64,000 bases of DNA, taken from the NCBI GenBank assembly GCA_937907025.1, contig CALESJ010000035.1, positions 5,763 through 69,762 of the forward strand. The letters are read 5' to 3'. Of this stretch, positions 1 to 9,174 are shown in pieces (position 1 is the first letter of the stretch; the number at the start of each line of letters is the position of its first letter). This stretch comes from an uncultured Faecalibacterium sp. (GTDB lineage Bacteria; Bacillota; Clostridia; Oscillospirales; Ruminococcaceae). The position numbers and the translations under genes are program-made. A model generated the notes under the pieces. That model was not told the origin of the DNA. It searched no databases and worked only from the letters and a program-made list of their open reading frames with translations.

Positions 1-1544
1 TTGGACTGGCGCACGGCGGGGTCCAGCAGCGCCGCCACCAGCAGCACCGCACCCAGGCCCAGGGCAATGCCCAGGGTCAGGGTCATCTCACCGTCCATGC
101 CCAGGGCCAGGGACTGAGAGGTGCCGGTGCCCTTGCCGAAGACCATGAACATCTGCCCCAGCATGACGGCGGTGTCCCGCAGGTAGGAGGCATCGTACCG
201 GCCGCTGATGCGGCAGACCCCCTGCACCATGTACTGGGCCAGAGGCACCAGGAACCACAGGTTCCACACCACGGCCAGACCGGCGGCCTTGCACAGGCTT
301 GGCAGCACCGGGCGGCGGAAGGTACGTTTGGCGTAGAGAATGCAGAAGATGGCGGTGAGAAAACCGGTCATGACACTGGTCAGCAGATGGGTCTGCAGCA
401 GCCCCGTAAAACCGATGGCCAGGGAAAGCCAGCACCAGGGCTCGGCCTTTTCGCCGGGTTTCTGGCGGTAGATGCGCCACAGCCCGTACACCACCAGCGG
501 CAGGAACACCATGGCGGAATATTCACCCATGGAAGCCCGCACATACACGTTGGTCAGCCGGTAGGGAGCCAGCAGGTAGAGCGCCGTGCCGGCCAGGGCC
601 ACCATCTCGTTGTTGAACATGCGGCGCAGCACAAACCGGGTGACCAGGGCGGTGGCCAGGGTGATGGCCGCTACATACAGCTTGTACACCGTCTGCAGGC
701 TGAAGCCCACAATGCGCAGGAACGCTGCCGGGTACAAGAGCAGGTCGGCGTACATCAGGCTGAAAGGATAGCCCTTGCCGTTGACCAGGTCCGGGTCCAT
801 CCGCACCGGAAACTGCCCGGCCAGCAACCCGGCTTTCAGGCCCTCAATGCGGGACAGATGCACCGTCAGGTCGTGGCCGTAGATGATGTAGCCCAGCCCC
901 AGGGGCAGGCAGGCCACCGCCACCAGAGCCAGGGTGGCCAGCATGCTGTACCGGGATTCCAGAGTGCGCCAGGGCAGCGCTACCCGGCGGGTCACCACCA
1001 GCAGAATCCAGTCGATGGCCGCAAACAGCACCAGCGCGGTGAGAAAATGCACATAGGCGAAAGAATGGGTGGGGATGAGCTGGGCTCCGGTGATGAAGGT
1101 CACCTGACCCTCGCCGCAGTCGGAATAGAACTGCATCTGGGCCACATCGCAGCCGTGTTCCATCCACAGGGTAAAGACGGAACTGCTGCGCCCCGGGGGC
1201 AGGCTGGCCACATCGTACTGGGCGGTGGGCATGACCTCGTCCAGGAACCGCACCGTGCCGGTGCCGCCGTTGTTGGCGTAGGTCACCACCACCTGGTAGC
1301 TGCCGGGTTCAATGTCCAGCCAGCGGGTGGTGGCAAACTGGCCCACATAGTTTTCCACCTGGGTGCCCCGGGAATCATTCACGGCCTGTTCGGTGTAGGG
1401 AATGATCAGGTCGGGGGTCACGTCAATGGCTGTGCCCGCCCCGAAATCCGAAACAAACCGTGCCAGCAGGAAGATCACCTCGGCGGCCAACAGCAGCAGG
1501 AACCACAGGTTCTTGCGGGTACAAAAACGTTTCAAATGCTGCAT
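1..1544 (-). CDS. Polytopic membrane protein, YfhO/GT-C-like (3' end runs off the window)
   Basis: Absent from the ORF track because it has no in-window stop. ATG at 1544-1542 and the frame stays open to nt 1 (514 codons): MQHLKRFCTRKNLWFLLLLAAEV... It has an N-terminal TM, a ~150-aa extracytoplasmic segment, then many TM helices. The motif GHDLTVHLSRIEGLKAGLLAGQFP is YfhO-type. Track ORFs 88..480(-) and 387..1565(+) are shadows of this gene. Confidence 0.6.
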   Translation of the reverse strand, partial: MQHLKRFCTRKNLWFLLLLAAEVIFLLARFVSDFGAGTAIDVTPDLIIPYTEQAVNDSRGTQVENYVGQFATTRWLDIEPGSYQVVVTYANNGGTGTVRFLDEVMPTAQYDVASLPPGRSSSVFTLWMEHGCDVAQMQFYSDCGEGQVTFITGAQLIPTHSFAYVHFLTALVLFAAIDWILLVVTRRVALPWRTLESRYSMLATLALVAVACLPLGLGYIIYGHDLTVHLSRIEGLKAGLLAGQFPVRMDPDLVNGKGYPFSLMYADLLLYPAAFLRIVGFSLQTVYKLYVAAITLATALVTRFVLRRMFNNEMVALAGTALYLLAPYRLTNVYVRASMGEYSAMVFLPLVVYGLWRIYRQKPGEKAEPWCWLSLAIGFTGLLQTHLLTSVMTGFLTAIFCILYAKRTFRRPVLPSLCKAAGLAVVWNLWFLVPLAQYMVQGVCRISGRYDASYLRDTAVMLGQMFMVFGKGTGTSQSLALGMDGEMTLTLGIALGLGAVLLVAALLDPAVRQS

Positions 1545-1689
1545 GAAAAAACTCTCTTTTCTTGATGTCGTTTTGCGGCATGCCGCAGCTTTCTATCATT
1601 ATACGCGCTTGCCGGGACCGGCGCAAGCGTGTTATACTGTTCCCGGCGGCCACGCCGCCCCAATTTCACAAAAAGGCAGGGAAGAGCGG

Positions 1690-2184
1690 ATGGAGATCGA
1701 GCGCAAATGGATGGTGAAGGGCTGGCCCCAGGGGCTGGAACCGGAGCGGGTACAGCAGATGGACCAGGGCTATATCAGCGTGCGGCCCACGGTGCGCATC
1801 CGGCGGGAAGCGGTGCAGGGCGGCCCCACGGCGCTGGTGCTCTGCTTCAAGGGGGCACCCGACCCCACAGGCATGAGCCGGCAGGAGATCGAAACCGAGA
1901 TCGACGCCGACCTTTTCGCCAAACTGGAAGCCCTCATCGGCAAGCCTCTCATTAAAAAAGAGCGCCGGGACTATGCCCTGCCCGGCGGACTGCACCTGGA
2001 AGTGAACGAGGTGGACCCGGGCCAGCCGGGACACTTTCTGTATGCCGAGGTGGAATACCCCGACGAGGACACCGCCCGCAGCTGGACCCCGGCGGATGCG
2101 GGGCTGGAAGACTACCTCACCGACGAAGTCACGGGGCAGAAAGGCGCCAGCATGGGCGAATACTGGGAACAGACCCGTGGCTGA
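1690..2184 (+). CDS. CYTH-domain protein (CyaB/triphosphatase-like)
   Basis: In-frame ATG at 1690 within track ORF 1402..2184. MEIERKWMVKGWP carries the ExExK CYTH signature, followed by later acidic strands (EIETEID, LEVNEVD, YAEVEY). Confidence 0.75.
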   Translation: MEIERKWMVKGWPQGLEPERVQQMDQGYISVRPTVRIRREAVQGGPTALVLCFKGAPDPTGMSRQEIETEIDADLFAKLEALIGKPLIKKERRDYALPGGLHLEVNEVDPGQPGHFLYAEVEYPDEDTARSWTPADAGLEDYLTDEVTGQKGASMGEYWEQTRG

Positions 2185-2205
2185 GCTTTTATCATAAGAC
2201 AAAAC

Positions 2206-2254
2206 AAACCGGCGCGAAGAAAGCGACTTTGCCTTCTCCGCGCCGGTTTTGCTT
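2206..2254. terminator. Bidirectional intrinsic terminator between the convergent CYTH gene and murE
   Basis: CCGGCGCG (2209-2216) pairs with CGCGCCGG (2239-2246). The stem is flanked by an A-run upstream and a T-run downstream. Confidence 0.6.
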
Positions 2255-2265
2255 TTGTGTCGGGT

Positions 2266-3762
2266 TTATTCGATGCCCTTTTCGGCGGCGTATTCCTCAA
2301 TGAGCTCCCGCTCCAGGAAGGGGGTCTTCACGCCTTCCCGGTCGCGGTACGCCTCGTGGCCCTTGCCGATAACGGCGATCAGGTCGCCTTCCTCGGCGTG
2401 GTCGATGGCATAATGCAGGGCGTCCAGACGGTCGGGAATCTCCACATAGGGCACGTTGAGGTTGCCCTTGGCGATGCCTTCCTTGATGTCGGCAATGATG
2501 TCCTCCACCTTCTCAAACCGGTTGTTGTCCTCGGTGAGAATGAGGAAATCCGCCATCTTGGAGCAGACCTCGCCCATGCCGTACCGGCGCAGCTTGCTGC
2601 GGTTGCCGCCGCAGCCGAACACCACTACCATCCGGTGGGGATTGTAGGCTTTCAGGGTTTCCATCAGGCTCTCGGCGGCCGCCTCGTTGTGGGCGTAGTC
2701 GATGAGGATGGTAAAGTGGTGGCTGATGGGCACCAGCTCCACACGGCCCTTGACCACCGTGTCCCGCAGGCCCTGGTGGATGGGCTCATCGGCCAGACCC
2801 AGCGCCTTGCCCACCCCGATGGTGGCCAGAGCGTTGTAGATGCTGAACCGTCCCGGCATGCCCACCTGCACGTCCATGGTGTGGCCGTCCGGCTCGGTGA
2901 GGGTGAACTCCACCCCCAGCATAGTCTTGTTGCGCAGCAGGCGGTATTCCTGCCCGGCACGGTAATCGGCGGGCTTGTCGATGCCGTAGGTGATGAGGTC
3001 ACAGGTGTGGCCTTCCAGCAGGGCTTCGGTGTTCTCGTCATCGGCATTCACCACACCGATGTCGCAGCGCTGGAACAGCTGGCCCTTCCAGCTGCGGTAT
3101 TCCTCAAAGCTGGAATGTTCGCCCGGGCCGATGTGGTCGGGGTACAGGTTGGTGAACACACCCACCCGGTAGTGGATGCCGGCCACACGGTCCATCATCA
3201 GCCCCTGGCTGGAAACTTCCATCACGCAGGCAGCGCACCCGGCGTCGGCCAGCTGGCGCAGGATCTTCTGCAGCTCGTAGCTTTCGGGGGTGGTGTTGTT
3301 CAGGTCGTAGTGGTGGCCGGGATAATACACGCCGTTGGTGCCGATCATGCCGGTCTTGTGCCCGGCGGCGGTCAGTACCGACCGGATCATGTGGGTGGTG
3401 GTGGTCTTGCCCTTGGTGCCGGTCACACCGATCATGGTCATCTCGTCGGCGGGATGACCGAAATACGCGGCGGACAGCATGGCCAGGGCGTAGCGGGTGT
3501 TTTCAAATTTCAGCACCGTCACATTGGGCATGCTTTCCAGCACATCGGGGGCCAGGTCATGCTGGATGACCAGCACCGAAGCCCCTTTCTCCACCACATC
3601 GGCGGCGTAGTCGTGGCTGTCGCGCTGGGTGCCCACGATGCACACGAACAGGCCCCCGGGAACCACCTTGCGCGAATCATAGAAGATGTCGGCCACTTCG
3701 ACGTGCAGGGGGCCCTGCACCACCTTGTAGCGCAGTCCTTTCAGCAGTTGCTTGAGCAGCAT
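2266..3762 (-). CDS. murE: UDP-N-acetylmuramoyl-L-alanyl-D-glutamate--diamino acid ligase (MurE)
   Basis: 498 aa with a Mur-ligase P-loop (GVTGTKGKTTT), DYAHN and GCGGNR motifs. The specificity motif reads LTEDNNRFE. Confidence 0.9.
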   Translation of the reverse strand: MLLKQLLKGLRYKVVQGPLHVEVADIFYDSRKVVPGGLFVCIVGTQRDSHDYAADVVEKGASVLVIQHDLAPDVLESMPNVTVLKFENTRYALAMLSAAYFGHPADEMTMIGVTGTKGKTTTTHMIRSVLTAAGHKTGMIGTNGVYYPGHHYDLNNTTPESYELQKILRQLADAGCAACVMEVSSQGLMMDRVAGIHYRVGVFTNLYPDHIGPGEHSSFEEYRSWKGQLFQRCDIGVVNADDENTEALLEGHTCDLITYGIDKPADYRAGQEYRLLRNKTMLGVEFTLTEPDGHTMDVQVGMPGRFSIYNALATIGVGKALGLADEPIHQGLRDTVVKGRVELVPISHHFTILIDYAHNEAAAESLMETLKAYNPHRMVVVFGCGGNRSKLRRYGMGEVCSKMADFLILTEDNNRFEKVEDIIADIKEGIAKGNLNVPYVEIPDRLDALHYAIDHAEEGDLIAVIGKGHEAYRDREGVKTPFLERELIEEYAAEKGIE

Positions 3763-3769
3763 CGGCTCT

Positions 3770-5599
3770 TCACCTCTTTACAAAATATTCGTCGTACCAG
3801 ACAAGGAAGATAAACACACACCACAGCTGACGCCAGTTGTCGCGCTTGCCGCTGACATGCTGGTCCAGCATGCGGTTCAATTCTTTGGTATTGAAGAACT
3901 TTTCCGCCGCCGGGGTGGCAAAAGCCTCCCGCAGGATGGCAGCGTACTTTTCTTCCCGCAGCCAGGCCCGCACCGGAACGGGGAAACCCAGCTTCTTTTT
4001 GTCCGCCGTCTTGGCTGGAATGGTCATCTCGGCGGCGCCCCGCATGGCGATCTTGGTCTGCTGGGCGTTGACCTTGCACTTGGTGGGGATGCGGCAGGCC
4101 AGGTCGAACACCCGGCGGTCCAGGAAAGGCACCCGCAGCTCCAGAGAGTTGGCCATGCTCATCTTGTCGGCCTTGAGCAGGATATCCCCCACCATCCACA
4201 GGTTCAGGTCGCAGTACTCCATCCGGGTCACCGGGTCCTGGCCCTTGGTCATCTCAAAGAAGGGACGGGAGATGTCGGTGGGCTTGCACTTGCCGGTGTA
4301 GTTCTTCATCAGCTTGCGCTTGCGGCGCTCGCCCATCAGGTTGGTGTTGCCGATATACCGCTCCTCCAGCGGGCGGCCCCGGCGTACCAGGAAGTTCACC
4401 CCCGGCACCGGCGGCAGCAGGTTGGCCACCGCGCCCACGCTGCGGCGCAGCCACAGGGGCAGATGGTCGTACCAGCTCATGGTGAAGGGCTCTTTGTAGA
4501 TGTTGTATCCGCCGAAGAATTCGTCCGCACCCTCGCCGGACAGGCAGACCTTGACCTGCTTGGCGGCTTCCCGGTTGACGAAGTACAGCGCTACGCTGGC
4601 GGCGTCGGCCAGGGGTTCATCCATATGGTACTGGATGCGGCCCAGGTTGGCCCAGTACTCCTCGGGAGTGATGCGGTAGGCGTAATTCTTGACCCCAATA
4701 TGCTTGGAAAACTCGGTGGCATAATCGGTTTCGTCATACTGCTTGTTGGCAAAGCCCACGGTGAAGGTCTTATCCACCTTGGCCAGGGCAGCCATATAGC
4801 TGGAGTCCACGCCGGAGGACAGAAAGCTGCCCACCTCCACATCGGCGATCTTGTGGGCGGAAACGCTCTCCTGCATGGCGTCGCTGATGGCCTTCTCCCA
4901 CTCCTGCAGGGTGGGCTCGTCATCGGGCTTGAACTCGGGGCGCCAGTAGCGCTGCACCGTCACCTGGCCGTCTTTCCATTCCAGCCAGTGGGCGGGCATG
5001 AGTTTTTTCACGCCCTTGAAGAAGGTGTTTTCACCCGGGGAGAACTGGTAAGACAGATACAGGGAGAGCTGGTCCTCGTTGAGCTCCTTGTGGAAACCCG
5101 GATGGGCCAGAAAGCTCTTGATCTCGCTGCCGAAGAGCAGTTCGCCCGCCTCGTTCTGGTAGTAGTACAGGGGTTTGATGCCGAAATGGTCCCGGGCCAG
5201 CAGCAGGGTCTTTTCCCGCCGGTCCCACAGGGCAAAGGTGAACATGCCCCGCAGCCGGTCCAGCATGCCCTTGCCCCACTGTTCATAGCCGTGGAGCAGC
5301 ACTTCTGTGTCCGACCGGGTGGCAAAGGTATGGCCGGCGGCTTTCAGCTCCTCGGTCAGCGACTGGAAGTTGTAGATCTCGCCGTTAAAGACCACAACAA
5401 GGTTTTCATCCTCGTTGTACATGGGCTGACGGCCGCCTTCCAGGTCGATGATGGAAAGCCGCCGCTGGCCCAGGGCCGCCGGGCCTTCCAGAAACTGGCC
5501 CTGACCATCCGGACCGCGGTGGGCGATCAGGTCCATCATGGCCTGCAGAACTTCGCGCGCGTCATCCCGCGCGCCCACAAATCCAACGATTCCGCACAT
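3770..5599 (-). CDS. asnB: Asparagine synthase (glutamine-hydrolysing) family amidotransferase, paralog 1
   Basis: 609 aa. The N-terminus MCGIVGF carries the Ntn-amidotransferase catalytic Cys2. SFLSSGVDSS is the PP-loop. The stop lies 8 nt upstream of the murE start, so the two are probably co-transcribed. Confidence 0.9.
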   Translation of the reverse strand: MCGIVGFVGARDDAREVLQAMMDLIAHRGPDGQGQFLEGPAALGQRRLSIIDLEGGRQPMYNEDENLVVVFNGEIYNFQSLTEELKAAGHTFATRSDTEVLLHGYEQWGKGMLDRLRGMFTFALWDRREKTLLLARDHFGIKPLYYYQNEAGELLFGSEIKSFLAHPGFHKELNEDQLSLYLSYQFSPGENTFFKGVKKLMPAHWLEWKDGQVTVQRYWRPEFKPDDEPTLQEWEKAISDAMQESVSAHKIADVEVGSFLSSGVDSSYMAALAKVDKTFTVGFANKQYDETDYATEFSKHIGVKNYAYRITPEEYWANLGRIQYHMDEPLADAASVALYFVNREAAKQVKVCLSGEGADEFFGGYNIYKEPFTMSWYDHLPLWLRRSVGAVANLLPPVPGVNFLVRRGRPLEERYIGNTNLMGERRKRKLMKNYTGKCKPTDISRPFFEMTKGQDPVTRMEYCDLNLWMVGDILLKADKMSMANSLELRVPFLDRRVFDLACRIPTKCKVNAQQTKIAMRGAAEMTIPAKTADKKKLGFPVPVRAWLREEKYAAILREAFATPAAEKFFNTKELNRMLDQHVSGKRDNWRQLWCVFIFLVWYDEYFVKR

Positions 5600-5805
5600 A
5601 TACTTTCCCTTTCCTTGGGGTGCCGGTTGATTTTCGATACCCTATATTATACACACATGCCCCCGAAAAGAAAAGCCTGAACCGCTGAAAAGAATGTAAA
5701 AGTATCACAAGGCCCCGGGGGCGGGCTGATACCTTTGGACGATACAGCGCATACTGTAAGGGAAAAGACCCTGCCGGTGCCGTCCCGGCAGGCCACCGCA
5801 GATGA

Positions 5806-5835
5806 TTGACAACGGCACCGCTTTGGACGTAAAAT
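5806..5835 (+). promoter_or_regulatory. Sigma-70-type promoter for the ATP-grasp/asnB-2 operon
   Basis: TTGACA (5806-5811), an 18-nt spacer, then TAAAAT (5830-5835). It sits about 40 nt upstream of the ATG at 5877. Confidence 0.45.
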
Positions 5836-5876
5836 AATCAGGAATATACCATCTGTATGAACAGAGAGGGTTTTGT

Positions 5877-7112
5877 ATGCTGAAATTTCAACCTGTGCTG
5901 CTGGGCAGCGATGCCAACGTCTACGGCATGGCCCGCAGCTTTTATACCCAATACGGTGTCGTCAGCGACGCCGTCTGCAAGGGGGTCCTGGTGGCCTGCC
6001 GCAACACCCGCCTGGTGCGCATTGCGGTGGTGGAACCGGACCTGGAAAAGGACGAAGTCTTTGTGCGTACCCTGGTGGACTACGCCAAAGCCCATGATTA
6101 CCAGAACTGCCCGCTGCTGCTGGTTTCCTGCGCCGACGGGTACACCATCCTCATGGCCCGCCACCGCCAGGAACTGGAGCCCTATTTCCATTTTGCCTGC
6201 CCGGAACTGCAAACCGTGTTGGATCTGGACATAAAAGACAACTTTTATAAAGCCTGTGCCGCACATGGGCTTTCTTACCCGAAAACGGCCACCTGCACCG
6301 CGCAGAACTACAAAAATGCCGAATTTCCCTTCGATTTCCCGGTGATCATCAAGGCCAGCAATTCCCCGGCCTACTGGAACTGCTCCTTCCCCCACAAAAA
6401 GAAGGTGTTCCTGGCCCATGACCGGGTCGAGTACGACGCCATCACCACGGCCATCTACGGCAGTTCCTACCAGGACGACCTGATTTTGCAGGAGTACATC
6501 CCCGGCGACGACAACTGCATGCGGGTACTCAACGCCTACTGCGGTCTGGACCGCAAGGTCCACCTGATGGCCCTGGGCCGCCCCCTGCTGGAGGAGCAGA
6601 CCCCCGAGGGCATCGGCAACTATGCGGCCATCCTCTCCTCCCCGGAGATCAACGATTCCGCCCTGCTGGAGCGGATGCGCGCCTTCCTGGAAGATGTGGG
6701 CTGGGTGGGCTACGCCAATTTTGATATGAAGTACGACGCCCGCACCGGGGAGTATAAGCTCTTTGAGATGAACCCCCGCCAGGGCCGTTCCAGCTACTTT
6801 GTCACCGCCGCCGGCTACAACCTGGCCCGCTGGCTGGTGGAGGACGTGCTGGAAGGCAAGGATACCGGCTTTACCATCGCCGATACCGAAAGCCTGTGGA
6901 TGATCGCCCCCTACGGCGTTATCCGCAAGTACCTGAAAGACGAAAAACTCCTGGCCACTGCCGCCCGGCTGAAAAAGCAGGGCCGCAGCGCCCACCAGCT
7001 CTACTGCAAGGAGGATCGCAGCCTCAACCGGGGCCTGTGGTACCTGCGCAGCCAGCTGAACTACTACCGCAAGACCGCCCGCTATTACGGCAACAAGGGT
7101 CTGACCGACTGA
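5877..7112 (+). CDS. ATP-grasp carboxylate-amine ligase (COG3919 / D-aspartate-ligase-like family)
   Basis: 411 aa. The N-terminus FQPVLLGSDANVYGMARSFY is typical of the COG3919 ATP-grasp group that includes peptidoglycan D-Asp ligases. The central region has ATP-grasp features. SD GAGAGGG lies upstream. Confidence 0.7.
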   Translation: MLKFQPVLLGSDANVYGMARSFYTQYGVVSDAVCKGVLVACRNTRLVRIAVVEPDLEKDEVFVRTLVDYAKAHDYQNCPLLLVSCADGYTILMARHRQELEPYFHFACPELQTVLDLDIKDNFYKACAAHGLSYPKTATCTAQNYKNAEFPFDFPVIIKASNSPAYWNCSFPHKKKVFLAHDRVEYDAITTAIYGSSYQDDLILQEYIPGDDNCMRVLNAYCGLDRKVHLMALGRPLLEEQTPEGIGNYAAILSSPEINDSALLERMRAFLEDVGWVGYANFDMKYDARTGEYKLFEMNPRQGRSSYFVTAAGYNLARWLVEDVLEGKDTGFTIADTESLWMIAPYGVIRKYLKDEKLLATAARLKKQGRSAHQLYCKEDRSLNRGLWYLRSQLNYYRKTARYYGNKGLTD

Positions 7113-7132
7113 CCCAGAGGAGGATAACATCC

Positions 7133-9019
7133 ATGTGTGGTATCACCGGCTTTGCCGAACGCAAACATGACGCCGAAACCGCCCGGGCTACCGTGAAGGC
7201 CATGGCGGACCTGATCACCTACCGCGGCCCCGACGGGGAAGGGTATTATGTGGACGACCAGGTGGCTCTGGGCCACCGCCGTCTGTCCATCATCGACCTG
7301 GAGGGCGGCCGCCAGCCCATGTACAATGAAGATGAGAGCCTGGTGGTCATCTTCAACGGCGAGATCTACAATTTCCAGACCCTGCGCACCGAACTGGAAG
7401 CCGCGGGCCATACCTTCAAGACCCATTCGGACACCGAAGTCCTGCTCCACGGCTATGAACAGTGGGGCAAGGAACTGCCTGCCAAGCTGCGGGGCATGTT
7501 CACCTTCGTGATCTGGGACCGCAACACCAAAACCATGTTCGGCGCCCGGGACATTTTCGGCATCAAGCCCTTCTACTACTACAATGTGGGCGGGCTGCTG
7601 CTTTTCGGCAGTGAGATCAAGAGTTTCCTGGCCCATCCCGGCTTCAAGAAGCAGCTGAACGAGAAGCGCCTGCCCGAATACCTGAGCATCGAATACATCC
7701 CCAACGAGGAAACCATGTTCGTGGATGTGTTCAAGCTGCCCGGCGCCCACATGTTCACCTGGCACGACGGCAAAATGACCATCGAGCGGTATTACGACAT
7801 CCGCTATCATATCGACGAATCCAAGAGCCTGGAAGACTGGGAAAAGAAGATCACCGACACCTTTGCCGAGAGTGTGGCTGCCCATCAGATCGCCGACGTG
7901 GAGGTGGGCTGTTTCCTGTCCTCCGGTGTGGATTCCAGCTTTGTGGTCAACGAGGTAGCCAAGGGCACCCCCCATGTAAAGAGCTTCTCGGTGGGGTATG
8001 CGGAGGAAAAATACTCCGAGCTGCCCTACGCCCAGGCCTTCAGCAAGGAGATCGGCGTGCCCAGCATCGCCAACAAGGTGGACGCCGACCGGTTCTTTGA
8101 GGCCAACCGGGTCATCCAGTGGTATCTGGACGAACCCATGCCCAACCCGGCGGAGGTGCCGCTGTACTTCCTGGCCCAGAACGCCCGCAAGTACGTCAAG
8201 GTGGTGCTGTCCGGCGAAGGCGCCGACGAGCTGTTCGGCGGGTATCCCATGTACTGCCAGGCCGTCCATTTTGAGGATTACGGCCGCAAGGTGCCCAAGG
8301 CCGTGCGCAAGTTCCTTTCCCATACGGCAGCCAGAATGCCCCACTTCAAGGGTCAGCACTTCCTGGTCCGGGGCGGCCGGGAATCCTGGGAACGGTATAT
8401 GCGCGCCAACTATGTGTTTGAATCCCCGGCGGAGCGGGACCGCTACCTGAAGAAAAACTACGGCAACCCCGCCCCCGAAACCTTCTTCAAACCCTACTTC
8501 GACAAGGTGCAGGGCCTGGATGAGCCCACCCAGCTGCAGTGGGTGGATATGCATACCTGGATGCTGTACGACATCCTGCTCAAGGCAGACCGCATGAGTA
8601 TGGCCAACTCCCTGGAGCTGCGTGTGCCTTTCCTGGACCGGGAGATGCTGGAAGTGGCCCTGAGCATTCCCCGCCGCTACCGCTGCGACAAGGAACACAC
8701 CAAGATCGCCTTGCGCGGCGCTGCTCTCAAGCAGCTGTCTGAGAGCGTGGCCCAGCGCAAGAAGCTGGGCTTCCCGGTGCCGCTGAACGACTGGCTGCGC
8801 CAGGACAAGTACTACGCCATGGTGAAGGAAAAGTTCACCGGCCCGGTGGCGGAGCAGTTCTTCAACGTGCCGGAGATCTGCCGTCTGCTGGACGACCACA
8901 AGGCCGGCCGCGCCAAGAACATGACCAAGATCTGGAGCATTTACTCCTTCATCCTGTGGTATGAGCTGTATTTTGTGAACAGCGAACCGCCGGTAGGGGT
9001 GTATTCCGCAAAAGTTTGA
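7133..9019 (+). CDS. asnB: Asparagine synthase (glutamine-hydrolysing) family amidotransferase, paralog 2
   Basis: In-frame ATG at 7133 (MCGITGF) preceded by AGGAGGA, within track ORF 6896..9019. It aligns by eye with paralog 1 along its whole length, for example RRLSIIDLEGGRQPMYNED and FGSEIKSFLAHPGF. Confidence 0.9.
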   Translation: MCGITGFAERKHDAETARATVKAMADLITYRGPDGEGYYVDDQVALGHRRLSIIDLEGGRQPMYNEDESLVVIFNGEIYNFQTLRTELEAAGHTFKTHSDTEVLLHGYEQWGKELPAKLRGMFTFVIWDRNTKTMFGARDIFGIKPFYYYNVGGLLLFGSEIKSFLAHPGFKKQLNEKRLPEYLSIEYIPNEETMFVDVFKLPGAHMFTWHDGKMTIERYYDIRYHIDESKSLEDWEKKITDTFAESVAAHQIADVEVGCFLSSGVDSSFVVNEVAKGTPHVKSFSVGYAEEKYSELPYAQAFSKEIGVPSIANKVDADRFFEANRVIQWYLDEPMPNPAEVPLYFLAQNARKYVKVVLSGEGADELFGGYPMYCQAVHFEDYGRKVPKAVRKFLSHTAARMPHFKGQHFLVRGGRESWERYMRANYVFESPAERDRYLKKNYGNPAPETFFKPYFDKVQGLDEPTQLQWVDMHTWMLYDILLKADRMSMANSLELRVPFLDREMLEVALSIPRRYRCDKEHTKIALRGAALKQLSESVAQRKKLGFPVPLNDWLRQDKYYAMVKEKFTGPVAEQFFNVPEICRLLDDHKAGRAKNMTKIWSIYSFILWYELYFVNSEPPVGVYSAKV

Positions 9020-9027
9020 TGATTTTT
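9012..9027. repeat. Left copy of a 16-bp perfect direct repeat AAGTTTGATGATTTTT (candidate attL)
   Basis: Identical 16-mer at 16646-16661. This copy overlaps the asnB-2 stop codon (TGA 9017-9019). Confidence 0.8.
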
Positions 9028-9112
9028 GCTACCGTCAAGGGTTTAAATTGTAATTTGTGCGATTAACCAAAAAAGTCCATGCTGTTTTGTTGCTTTTTGA
9101 CGGGGGCGGTCT

Positions 9113-9174
9113 GAGCCCCTTACGGGTCTCCGACCGGCTGCGGGAGCCCCTGGGGGTCTCCCTCCGCGGCGGCT
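9113..9174. repeat. Two tandem ~31-bp units, each containing an imperfect hairpin GAGCCCC-N4-GGGTCTC
   Basis: GAGCCCCTTACGGGTCTCC at 9113-9131 and GAGCCCCTGGGGGTCTCC at 9144-9161. Confidence 0.5.

Noticed and set aside
387-8899. Long ORFs 387..1565(+), 2257..3813(+), 3752..5680(+), 5838..7130(-) and 7085..8899(-).
   Set aside because: Each lies opposite a gene with strong family motifs (the membrane protein, murE, asnB-1, the ATP-grasp ligase, asnB-2). They have low-complexity G/H/Q/V-rich translations and no ribosome-binding sites.
9012-9027. The 16-bp island repeat considered as a dif/XerCD site, by analogy with CTX-type phage integration.
   Set aside because: The sequence has no resemblance to the 28-bp dif consensus and shows no XerC/XerD half-site symmetry. 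It overlaps a gene's stop codon rather than lying at a terminus-like locus.
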